Shown one piece after another: positions 36,618-48,733 of a stretch of 64,000 nt of DNA. The notes below the pieces were generated by a model. The model did not search any database. It was given only the letters and a program-made list of their open reading frames with translations, and had not been told where the DNA came from. A program made the position numbers and the translations under genes. This DNA is from Klebsormidium nitens (Eukaryota > Plantae > Klebsormidiophyceae). Positions within the stretch are counted from its first letter, which is position 1. Every line of letters begins with the position of its first letter. The stretch spans positions 284,623-348,622 of the forward strand of contig DF236977.1 in NCBI GenBank assembly GCA_000708835.1, in the 5' to 3' direction.

Positions 36618-39600
36618 ATGGGGCTGTTTGGGACCCTTCTGAGTTTCATGGGGTTCGGGGGGGGCATCGGCGTGGGCCTGCTGATTGGCTACTTCATGTT
36701 TGTGTACACCCTGCCCAGCAAGGTGGAGGTGAGCGCGCACCGCCCCACCCAATGGGGGCGCACCGGCAGCACTTCTCCCACCAGCATTGGAATGCAAAGT
36801 ATTCTTCGCCAAATTCTGGCCTTCACTCTCGCAATTTGCATGCATGCATGCAGCCGTGACTCCGCTGAACTCTGCCCGGTTTGCTGTGCAGGACCCTCCG
36901 CTGAAGTCGGTGTCTGACCAGGACCCCAAGGGTCTGGAGCGCATGGTCAAGGATGTGCCCATGTGGGTCAGCTCCCCTGACTGGGAGAGGGTGAGCGCAC
37001 CGCCACCCTTGCATGCAATGGAGTGGCTTGGAGGGCTCTTCTCGCCTCGTCTAGGAAAGGAAGTGGAATGCGGAGTTGGGGTCAAACCTGGCCTGCACAG
37101 TCTCAACAATTTAAATTCTGGGCACATGGGGATCAGATTCTCCTCTCTTTCTGCAACAGCATTGCTTGATGCTTTAGGGGCTGCCTCTAGGATTCAGTGG
37201 GGTTTCTCAGCTGGACCATAACCACTGTAAGTTCTTTCGCCTTCTCATCCAGGGCCTGACCTCGTTCCGCAATCGAATGTGGTGCAGCCCCGTAAGCACT
37301 GTTGGTGCAGAAAGGTTGAGATGCCAACCGTCAATGACGCCGCCTCTCCTTGCAGGTTGGTTGGTTGAACCGCTTTGTGCGGGAGCTGTGGCCCTTTCTG
37401 GACCAGGTACGATTCCACCATCACTGCTTTCTTGTGCATCAATGTCAATGTGGATCCCCTGCGGCAAGATTTGTGCTTGCTGGCCAATTTTGGAGGCAAT
37501 TTGGTAAAGAGACACTGCAAAAGTGTTCAGGCCGCGGCTAGTGACGCTTTCGTGCCGGTGCTCAAACTCTGCCCGTACTTCTTAGTGAATCGCTTTGGGC
37601 CCTCGACCCCTGGTGGCCATCAGTGGCAGGGGCTGGTGCGGTGCATCAGTGTGTCCCCCTTGTCTTGCGTGCAGGCGGTGGCCAAGACGGTGCAGGACAT
37701 GGTGAAGCCCATGATCAAGCAGTACAAGCCAGCCCAAGTGGAGAGCGTGGAGTTTGAGGCGCTCACACTCGGGACGCTCCCCGCGCTTATCGACGGTTAG
37801 TGTTGCCCCCAGATTCTTATCTGCCTTTCAGCGTACGTATGTTAGCAAGAGTGACAAGGTCTAGACCAGCGGGGGTAGGCAGCGGGGGTGGCATGTTACC
37901 GGTGCGGCACCAGGGCTCTGAGCTTGGCGGGGTCTCGTGTGCAGGGGTGAAGGTGTATGAGACGAACGATGACGAAGTGATTCTGCAGCTCAACGTGAAG
38001 TACGCTGGCAACCCCAACATCATCGTTGCTGCCAAGGCGTTTGGAATGAAGGCAACCGTGCAGGTGGGCGCCCACTACAGCACCCCTATAGCCTCGCGCC
38101 ACCTGCCCCTGGCTCACGTGGTGGTGTCTCTGTTGAATGAAGCAGCACGAAGACTCGCGACCCTATTGTTAAGATCTGGGGGCTATTTCGAGCGTGCGGG
38201 GGACTGCTCTTATATTTCTCTTTAACGGCCTCACATGTGCGCCCTTGCTTGAGTTGGCGCCGGAGGTGCTGCGTGACTGCGGGCCCCATTGATTGCTGGG
38301 GTTGGGTTGTGCGTGCAGGCGACGGAGGTGCAGGTGTGGGCGCAGGTGCGCGTGACGCTGAAGCCGCTGATCCCGGTGTTCCCGTGCTTCAGCAACATCA
38401 CCATCTCCCTCATGACCAAGGTGCGCGCCCGCCGCATCAAGCAGCGGAACAAGCGCAACCTGTACGATTCTGCATCATGAAGGCTAAGCAGCAGCTCGTT
38501 TGCTGTTTGACATGTACGCGGATCTGGAGTGCACTGATTGACGCGCTCCTTTTGTCTCGTTCTTGCAGCCACATGTCGACTTCGGGCTGAAGCTGCTGGG
38601 AGGGGACGTGATGGCTATCCCCGGACTTTATCACTTTGCCCAGGTATGAGGCTCCGGGAGTTCGACGAACGTTTCAAGTGTGGTTTCTCTTATCAGCCGG
38701 TCGTTTGTCCTCAAGGTTTCTTCAGATGCAGAATCCCACATGGAGGCTTCCCTCAACGCTCCTATTCTGAGACAAGCCTTCGCACTTGGCAAAAAACCTC
38801 TTGTTATCTCAAGCACTCGGATACCTGGACGATATAGTTCCTGAGTCGAAGTGCTGTCCCTTGCCTTCCTTTCTCTCCGTCCCGCCGCTGTTGCTCACCT
38901 GTTGCGGGGCACCCGGGTGCAGGACCGCATCAAGAAGATTGTGGACACCATGCTGCTGTGGCCCCACAAGATGGAGATCCCGCTCGGCGGAGTTGTCGGG
39001 TGAGCCCCATCGAACCCCTCTTCCTAATCCGGGACTTGCCTCCATAACATGTCACAGACGTGCAGTTGAGGCTGCTTTCTGTGGCTGCGGCTGCCTTGGC
39101 GGAAGCTTGTCTTCTCCTCAGTGCACAGCCTGTCGCACAAGTCACTGTCGGGCCTTTGAAAACTTAGCATGGCGGTGCCTGCGTCCCGGCTCCCCTGGCT
39201 GACGGGGTGGCTGTGGTGTCGTGCGCTGCGTGCAGCACGCGGCCGGTGGGCATCCTGCACGTGAAGCTGGTGGAGGGCAAGAACCTGCGCAAGACGGACG
39301 TGTTTGGCTCCACCGACCCCTTCGTCGAGATGGCCTTCACCGGGGACGACAAGCCGCAAAAAAGCAAGGTACGGACTCCGCCGTTTCCGTAAGTACCCTC
39401 GCAAGGGCGCCCGAATTGGGCCTGCCGCTGTATCGCTGCTCTTATTTCTTACAGAGTACCGCGTTGCTACATCCTGTTCCGGATAGTCGATAGCATTGTA
39501 GATTCTGGAAACATCTGGTCGTTATGACCGTGCTCTGACAAAGAGTAGCCTCCTGGTCCGCCTCTGCGGGTTGTGATGTTGCCTCTACTGGGCTTCCACG

Positions 39601-41392
39601 TGCTGATTGCCGCGTTGTCCTCGAGCAACATCAGCAGTCGTAGTCCTTTCTATCCGGGGCGGGGGCCTGCTCGAGGGTTTGTATGACGATTCTCACCCTG
39701 GCTGCTTGTGAACGTGGTGCAGACGCTGAAGAAGGACCAGAACCCGACGTGGAACGAGGAGTTCCAGTTCGTGGTGCGCGACCCCACCACGGACAAGCTC
39801 ACGCTGCAGGTCTACGACTGGGACAGGACGTCGTCCAACACAAAGGTCAGCACACCGCCCGCCCGACGGAGACAATCAACCGGGAAAAGCCTCTTGACGA
39901 TCGTTTCAAACCGATTTTTGAGTTCGCTTAAGTTGCCTCGCCGTTTGCTGGCCTGGTTGCGGGGTACTGTCGTTGACGCGTGGACGTGCGTCGGTGTGCG
40001 TGCAGACGGGCGTGGCGGTGGTTGCGCTGAAGGACTTGGTGGGCAAGGGCGAGCAGGACCTGTGGCTGGACCTGGCCAAGACGGCCGCGGGACCGACGGA
40101 AGGCGACAAGGGGTACGGCCAGCTGCACGTGGTGGCGCACTACAAGGAGCTCAAGGACGAGATGGACACGGACGAGACGCCGCCGGGGGGGGGCGAGGCC
40201 GCCGTGGAGAAGGCGCCGGCGGGGACGCCCAAGGGGGGCGGCGTGCTGGTGGTGATCGTGCACAAGGGCGAGGAGCTGGAGGCCAAGAACGGCACGCCCA
40301 CCGCGTACGTCAAGCTCAAGTACCGCAACATCGAGTTCAAGACCAAGGTCAGCACGGCAACGGGCGTGGCCACAACGTGCAAAGCCGCACCACGGGATGA
40401 ATGACTTCAAACGGCACCTTGTACGTTTCTCGTGCTGAGGATCCATCTCAGGTGCCTCGTGCCTATGTCTGTTGGCCACCTTTTCTCGTAGAATAAGGCC
40501 GGCTGGAGCGCTGAAGGCGGTGCGTGGTGGGTGTTGTGTGCGTGCAGCCGGTGAAGAAGAGCGAGAGCCCGGAGTGGGAGGAGCGCTTCGAGTTCATCTT
40601 GCAGCAGCCGCCCGCGGGGGACCAGCTGCACGTGGAGGTGAAGAGCAAGGACTCGGACATGCTGGGCAAGCTGACGCACCACAAGGTATGCAACGCGCAG
40701 CCAAACTGGCAGGCACGGCAGCTTGGAGCATCAGGATGGGCGTCGTCAGTACGTCGAGTCAGTACCGTGAAGTGATGGAAATGTGGTGAAAGTTGTACTC
40801 TCATCATTGACTCCTCAGCCACACCTCAACTCCAGTCAAGGCCATCCACTATACATCTGAGATTGGAAGAGCGCTCAGACCGGAAACGTTGAGACCGTGC
40901 CAGCTGCTCGGACGTTAGGTTTGAATTCCCCGGGTCTGCTGTGCTCTGCCTCAGCGTTGAGCCCATTGTTCGCTGGTGTGGGCACCGCTTGAGCTGCCAT
41001 GTGACTAAGAGTCGGCAGAATGCGACGATTGTCGGTTCCTCTTGCAGTTGCCATGCAAGATCTGCTTAGCCGCAAGGAACACTAGGCCTGACTGATACAT
41101 CCGCTTCGTAGCCCCGATGCGAGCCCTTCCACAGCAGGTCGTGCGCGCTTGGAGACTGAAGATAGACAATCCTGGGCAGGCCTCCAAGCAAGGACCTTGG
41201 TTGTTATATGCGAGATGTGAGCCATGACATTGACCTGCTTTCGGCGTTCGTTTGCACGCGCAGAGTACGATTGGGGACGTGGACATTCCGCTGAACGACG
41301 TGGTGTCGAACCGGCGCATTAACGACGTGTACCAGCTCAACAACTCACGCCATGGCGCCGTCAAGATCGAGCTCCAGTGGCTCACGCCCTAG
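36618..41392 (+). CDS. SYT: Plant-type synaptotagmin (N-terminal TM, SMP domain, two C2 domains)
   Basis: MGLFGTLLSFMGFGGGIGVGLLIGYF TM; SMP motifs PMWV..PDWERVGWLNRFV.ELWPFLD, LTLGTLP, YAGNPNI, RVTLKPL..FPCF, PHVDFGLKLLGGDVMAIPGL; C2A GILHVKLVEGKNL.KTDVFGSTDPFV..NPTWNEEFQF; C2B ..PEWEERFEF..KIELQWLTP stop. About 12 short GT-AG exons. Confidence 0.93.
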
Positions 41393-42854
41393 GGCCTGCC
41401 AGATGCAGGCTCCGCTCGCGCGTCTCTGCCACTAACGACACTTGTCATCCGGTCCAGTGTTTCGAGTGCCCCTCTGACTCTTCGGAAGACGTGCTAAAGT
41501 CAGCTGGATGTTCCTAAGCGGTTGTACAAAAGAACTGGTCGTAGTCGTTATTTACAGACAAGGTAGTTACTGTTCTTCGAAGTGTTGACCTGAGTTTTCT
41601 TGGCCGTTGGTTGGCGTCGTCCATGAATGGGCAGTTCTAGTCCACAAGCCTGAGGACTCCAGCGGGCGGTGCTGGATATGGAGTGCACGTTGTCATGGCC
41701 CTACCGCACATGTGCGACGTGTATGGAATTACATTGTACGCAAGGTTATACCACCGGCCTTAGATCTTTGTAGGGGGTGGCAAAACGATTCTGCAATTCT
41801 GCTAACGCTCGTTTGTGCGTAAGCGATGAAACTGCTCCTACGTTTCTTGTACGACCAGAGCATTGATCAGGGTAGTTGCACGCTGATATATCATTGTCAT
41901 GTGCGCTGGTCGTCGGACGCTGCTGTCAGCTGTGCAGCCGAACCATTCTGCGTGTGCACGTCGATCAATGATCTACTCTAAGCTCCTCGATCAGATATCC
42001 GCGTTGATCCGCAGCATGCAGCGTTGCTTGAGAGTTAAGCAAATGCGGAGGGATCGCAGCCTGGTCCGTTTGCATGCAAGATCCTGTCGAACGATACAAC
42101 AGCTAGAGCCTAGTGTGGATCATTCGCAATCATGTAATTTTTCAACATGTGTTTTGTACGGCCCTATGAAAGATAAACCTTTCAAAAGAGTCAAAGCCAT
42201 GTACGTGCAGCTGCCCAATCATGAACGCGTCTTTTCAGGACGTTCAATACATGTATACAATCAAGGACCACGGTGTTCAATGATTGGACCCCCGCATAAT
42301 GCAAGTCTCATGTATCCCAGATTAAATCATAAAGCAAAGTAGTACCTATAGGAGACCGAGCAGCTATTCTTAGAAACCGCATAGCTCGCTCTGAGCATGC
42401 TTACCATGCGTCAATGCCTATACGCTCATTACATGTAGACCCAGAATCCACTTCCGAGGCCCCGCGGCCAGCTCAATTGCACTGTACGCGCCTGTACAGC
42501 TCCTACATACTCCGCAACTCAGGTGCTAGCTAGCAGGGCTAAACGAAAGCATTGATCTCGGTCACTTGGGCTCAACGGCCTCTCGATGCCTAGCAACGAC
42601 CTTGCTCATGATACACTCATTCTCTCATCTGCATCCTACGCTGCCCTACGTACTGGCGGTCCAGGCCTATAGCTGGATCTGGTGACCAATGTTCCACTAC
42701 TGAACAGCACTACCCGCCCCGAGCAGGCGGTGCTCCAAGGACGGTCCGTGCTAACTAGGCATGCTGCAAAACTGGGTCCTCAATTACCGCAGCCGCTGGG
42801 CGCCTGCCCTTATTGTACACTCTTCGGCCTCCGCAGCTGCGCGGCCGCTTGTTT

Positions 42855-44959
42855 CTAGATGGCGTAGCAGAGCTTGTTGTCCAGGTTGGCGATGGCGATG
42901 GCGAACGCCTGCAGCGCGCTCAGCGGCGGGCTGTAGTCCAGCGCGAAGCTGTTCTTGCCGGTGCGCCCGCACAGCAGCACCGGCGCGCCGGGGCCCTGCG
43001 GCAGAGCGGCGCGCGCGGGCACCAGCAGAAAGTTTTTGCTGCTCGCCACCTTCACGCGACCCCTGCAGAGGCAGGAGAGGCGGGTCAGATTTGGTTGGAA
43101 CAATACAGTTATCCTTGATTCAACGGCCGAAGCCGTCAGCGCCCGATCACACTCCGGCGAGTTGTGCACAAAATGGCTCACTTAAACGTAAGAATGAGGG
43201 TGCAAGGCCTGCCACATGGCCTACTTGGGGAAGTCGAGGTTGTACGCCTTTGTGGTGGGGCTCCACACGGGCGCCTTCGTCTCCAAGACCAGCCCCGGGC
43301 TGCTCAGGCCGTCGGCATCCGCGGGCAGCCCGCCCAGGCGCAGCGCAGGGAGGCCCGCAGAGGGGGGGCCGCCAGCCAGGCCACGCAAGGGGGGGGAGCT
43401 GCACGAGCACAGGTGAGGACAACGGTCAGATGGAGAGAAAAGTACGAGCGGTCGACGAGACGGGCCCGGATGCAAATAAGGCCCGAACTATTCCTCGCAA
43501 CTTTTAGAGCGTAGTGTACGCGCTCTTTCAACGTCCAGGCGGTGTCAGTGACGGGCAGAAGAGCGCCGGGCGTACCTGGCGCAGCGCGCGTACTGCGGGC
43601 TGGACGACTCGGAGGGAACGGCAGGCGGGGCGCCGTCCGGCATGGAGACGCCCGGCAGGACGACGGTGAGGCTGCGCGAGCCGGGCTCGCCCACAGAAGC
43701 GAAGCTCTGGCAGGGGCGCAAGGGACGGAGTGGGCGAGGGCAGGAGGAGAGGCCGTTTGCCCGCGCACACAGGAAGTGACAACCAGAGCTAATGTGTCAA
43801 TCAGACAGTAAGGAAGCAGTCGAGCACCTATTCGAACACCGTGACGGGTTCCAGAAGAGCTCTGACAGGATCAGTTTGAACCCATAACAGCTCAAAAGGT
43901 CGTTTTCTCACGGTCTTCATTTCACACCTTTGTCCTCACGCGAACGCAGTGGCTGCAGTGGGCGGCAGTGGCTGAAGATTCGTGCTCTGTTGGATTTCGA
44001 AAGAGTGATAAGATGGGCATCGGCCTCTCACCTTGCCAAACCGGACGATACACTTTGCAGTCGACTCGAGCTTGAGCCTGCTGCGGGGGCTGCGCGGGCT
44101 GCCCGGCTGCACGTCCCCCGGAACGGTGTCGGCAAACAGCATGTACTCGCTGCCGGCAAGGTTGGCGCGCAGCTGGCCCACGCTGCCGCTCTCGCGTGAC
44201 CCTGTCGAGTTGTCCTCGAAAAAGGTGTACCAACTGCGAATAGCCGTCAGGGACCTGCAGGGAGGTGGTCAAGCAGCAAACTTAAAGGCGGATGAGGAAC
44301 TCTTTCAACAAGACGCCCAAAGTGTCCGAGGGCTGCTTTGCGGTGTCGCTCTAAAGCGTACAAAGCAAAGGTATGTCCTCCCTTCGTGTAATATACATGT
44401 CTCTGCTGATCGAGCCCACTTGGCAATTAGAATCAACCGGAATGGCATGTTGCCCCTTGGCCGCATACCTGCGGGCTGTGTACAGGAACTTGTCCGTTCC
44501 GTCATCCAGGTAGCACGAGTACTGTGGCCTCATGGTCCCCTTGCGCATGATCCGGCATCGGACAGCCAATTCAACGGGCGCTAAGCATCGTGCCACCTGG
44601 AGGCTCTTGTGCCCAGTATGACCAACAGCCGGCCGGCCCTGTTCCCCATTGGCTCCCTCGTCCCTAGGGCGGCATGCTGCTGCCTCTTCCTCCACTGGAT
44701 TCACCTTGCTGTGGCCCGCCCTGCCCAGGCTCAGCATGCGCAGCAGGCCCAATCCCATGCCCGCCCCCGTGGGGCTGCCAGTACTGGCCGCCAAAGCCTC
44801 CGGAGGGGCCGCAGTCCACCCTGGGGCAGGCCTGCTTGAACTGCCCTGCACATCGTCCTGTGGCTCAGCGCGCGAGGAGGGCTGAGCCTCCGTGTGAAAG
44901 GTGTCGTCGTCCCGCCCTGTGACTGGCGACGACGGGAGCGACACACTCAGTTGGGCCAT
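42855..44959 (-). CDS. Divergent Tubby-like protein without an F-box, 5 exons
   Basis: Exon 1 44959-44469, exon 2 from 44254, then internal exons and a last exon ending at 42855. Motifs VRCRIMR..YSCYL..KFLYTARR, GQLRANLAGSEY, GSRSLTVVLPG, LETKAPVWS..YNLDFPKGRVKVASSKNF, GRTGKNSFALDYSPPLSALQAFAIAIANLDNKL. The N-terminus is low complexity. Confidence 0.85.
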
Positions 44960-45497
44960 CCTCAGGCTGCTCGAAGATCAGGCCTGCCACACCGTAACGG
45001 CAGCCATCCTTGGGTTTGAAAGCCGATGCCCTCAACTCCGTCTAGCCAAGTGAACGGATTGAGAGCAACGGTCCCGATGGGCGTGCTGACCAGACACGAC
45101 ACTTCCTTCATACGGCGGTCTATAGCTAGCTGGCGTTCCTATTCATTCCTTACACCAGTCAAAGATGCATACATATTCCTTACACCTGTCATTTCAGAGC
45201 TGAATTTCGGAGCGGGCCCGACCCATGAGGGCCACACTCTTGATCAAACGAGTGCCTCGCTGGATACAAACATAGTGACGTGGCAGGAAGTCGGCCATGA
45301 CAATGCAGTGCCGTTGTTTGGACGTCGACCTATTCAGACTGGTCAGACCGGCTTCTCCTGAGCGTTCGCTGAAGTTTAATCATGCAAGTTTCTTTTGTTT
45401 CATAAGTCAGGGGTTCCGCATCATACTTATACCTGAGAATGGCATTCATGACTATACCATCTAACCGGAATTGAGTGGGCAAGAAGCCCCAAAACCT

Positions 45498-45519
45498 CAA
45501 CAGTTAATATTAACTGTTG
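45498..45519. repeat. Perfect 22-bp palindrome
   Basis: caacagttaat|attaactgttg. Confidence 0.9.
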
Positions 45520-46720
45520 GCGTCAAACTCGGCTTTAGATGAGTTGGTTAATTGCAATATGCCAGGTTGGACTTGACCCCGACTTGAGCTTGCCGATCAA
45601 CTCAGCAAGCGGAAATTTGTTGCTTTGACTGCCAATTGTGCACACCGTTACGTCTCTCCCGATCAGCTAAGCAGCTAGCGTCGACAGCTTCGACGCGTCA
45701 ACCGGTAACCATTCGCTTCGGGTTGACGTCCATAGTCTGATAGTCCCCGCCCTCCGCTTTGCCGCTTTAAGACGTTGTCACTGCGTACACCTGCCGGCAT
45801 CTCCATCCTATTCTACTCGCTCAAACTTCCAAGTGGGTTGGTTACCGAGTACGTATCTAAGGTATGTAGACTCGGGTGATTGAAGCACTACCTACCTATT
45901 TACAAATTAGTGAAAGTCTGCGGAGTCCCGTGTCAGTCAGGACTCAGGATACCCCTCGGGTCAATGCATTACTTCCACCTACCTATGTTCCTATGTGCAG
46001 CGCACTGATTACCCACATTCTTTATTCTGATTTGGTCAACAGACACCTCCGCCTCAGCGCGCGCACACTATTCTCCACATCCGACGGCAGGCCCGGCAAG
46101 TAGATCTGCCCTAAATTCATACTTCGGGATCGACGGTCAGATTTGACAAGATCGTGAAGTAGCCGGTCTCTACTACCCACAGGGACCGGTGGATCCCCAA
46201 AGGGTCCGGGAACGCCGTGTACGAACAGCTCGGGGATTGTTTCCGGGGAGTGCCACGGAAACTGTTTTCAAATTCCCCGCCAAGATGCCCCATGCATGCA
46301 CAGGTGGCGGTAAAGGCCCAGCTAGAACGGCATTCTGGGCATTGAATCTTGATCAACCTTCAAGGAGTACGGCAGAGAGCAACAGCCTGCCAACAGTGCC
46401 AACAGGAAATGCGGTAGGGTTCCCATACGGTAATTGAAAGGTGTACCGTGTCCCTAAGAGAAGTGGCTTTCATTGTCATCTTTGATCTGCAACACTTTCA
46501 ATAGCAGTTGATCAAGGTGCCACCGTTTGCGCGAAACTTGCTCTGGGTCTGAGTACCTTTGCTTGGTCTGCTCATCTAATCTGCACCTAGGCCAGTCTTT
46601 CGAGTCTTAAGCAGCACTTCGAGTAGGGCTGGAAAGAGTCTGAGGGATCCTGTTCATCAGCAACTGCGCAGCAAAACACCGCCAGCTGTCGAGAGAGAGT
46701 TGACAAACGGCGCCGTCACC

Positions 46721-47636
46721 ATGCCGGCTCAGATCCAGTACTCTGAGAAGTATTTTGATGAAATTTTTGAGTACAGTTAGGTTTTCCATCCCTGACAGTC
46801 TCGAGTGTTAGTATTACTCCAGTACAGGAAGTATCTACTCCCTCCTACTTTGCTTTTGCCTCAATTGTGCTCTGATGCCCCAAACATGCGAGCTGTCTCC
46901 GTCAGGCATGACTCCAGCACGACTCTGTCAAAGAGTCAAAAGTAACAAGGTTCTGCCTGCTTTCTGCAGACATGTGGTGCTGCCGAAGGAGATCGCAGAG
47001 CACCTTCCCAAGAACCGGCTCCTTTCAGAGGTGAGCGCTCACCAATCACCAGTCAGAAAGGCTCCCGTTGCATGCGGAGTAAGACTGAACAAGGTTGGGC
47101 GGGTCCATAGGCTATCCCTACGGTGGCAGGAGTTTGCGAATCGGTCCAAAGAATTTGGTAGACCCAATGTCCAGCTGTGGCGCCAACCTATCAGTCGCGA
47201 GCGCGAGCAGACTCATGGATGGATGAATCTGCCAGGTGGAATGGAGGGCACTCGGTGTGCAGCAATCAAGAGGTTGGGTCCACTATGCAATCCATCGGCC
47301 AGAGGTAAGCTTTTCGTCTCTACTTCATCAATTTGTGATAAACACTTGTTGGTTCAAGCAGATAAAGCTCTGCTTATCTGCTGTGGCGAAGCCTTCGCTT
47401 CTCCCTCATGGAAATAGCCTGCTTCCTTGTTACATTCTGCTTAAGGTGGGTTAATTGTTGGAAACTTGAATGATGCCCTCTGATGACGCAGCATCAATAT
47501 GTTCCATGAATCTACTGAACCTCAACAAATTGGATGTATACAGCCACACATAATGCTCTTCCGACGTCCAAAAGACTATCAGCAGCAGCAGGCGCCAGCT
47601 GTACAACAAGTTCAGGCGAACGGAGTCCGGGTCTGA
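46721..47636 (+). CDS. CKS1: Cyclin-dependent kinase regulatory subunit CKS1, 4 exons, with an anomalous first donor site
   Basis: [18 protein letters not shown](R) | [20 protein letters not shown] | [23 protein letters not shown] | PHIMLFRRP plus a Q-rich tail. Exons ~46721-46776, 46970-47030, 47236-47304, 47544-47636. Confidence 0.93.
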
Positions 47637-48733
47637 TGAAAGCCTAGTCTTGGAGCTCCTCGTATGCTTATCACAGTCTGAAGCCTCCTCCTACTAGCCG
47701 TTGGTCATGTATGGTTGATACGCAGCCAGTGCAAAGCTAGGGCACCATGACTGGAAGGTAGACAGGACAGCTCAGGGGTTGTCAAATGATCTCTTTTCCA
47801 TCGTGCACCGAGGCAACTAATTTCCTGAGATCTAAATGGTTGGTAAATTGTGTGCTTGTCCAGCCATGAATTTTGTCTGTTGCTTTTGTGGCCATGTGTA
47901 TCCCAGCTTAAAAGTATTCACCGGGTAGTATGAATGCAATCGATCACGTTGAAGTGTTGGAAAGAAAGTGATACTTGTGAAGTCGAGGAAGTTGTGCAAG
48001 ATACTAGAATGAGATGGTAAACTGTAACAAATAGGTACAGCAAATGCGGGTTTTCCCTGTCCAAGCTCGTACATGAGGCGCTCTCATGAAAGCAATACAA
48101 GACTACGAATCGCATTTAGGCGTCCATAAATCGCAGAACGGTGACCACGTAAGTTGTGCTTATATTAGTACGTTTGTAGCCATGCAATGCATGTTTTAGC
48201 ATGACCATTCATTGCGAATTGTTCGCATCGTTTGGACGCCCTTAAAGATTGAATTGGACTCGCCGATTAACGAAGTCATATGCTGTTAAAAGTATTTATA
48301 AGCTGAAAGACTATCATGACTCACAACAAGCGATCCGAGCAAAATATATAGTGTGTCACTCTCTCGGTAACCAGTGAACCAGTCTGACAACGACCCTTAT
48401 TACAGCATGACAATGTTCGATTACATTTGGAAAATTGTGTAATGACTACAGCAAGTTCGACCAGGTTGCAAATGAAATCAAGGAACTTTCTTGCGAGAAA
48501 TGTGCAGCAACTTTCTTGAAAGTTTTCTCAAAGCCGGGCGGAACTTGAGGTAGCCAAGAAAAGTAGATCGCAGAATACCGGATACGTTTGGCCGGGTCCA
48601 AGTCGACCAACTGTTGACATCGCAAGAAAGCTTTGATTTTCCTGTGATAATAGAACAGCTAGCACGATAACCATGACGAGCTCCTAACCACTGAGTGGGC
48701 TGAGCTTGACTTATAATTTGGCTGCTTAGCATG

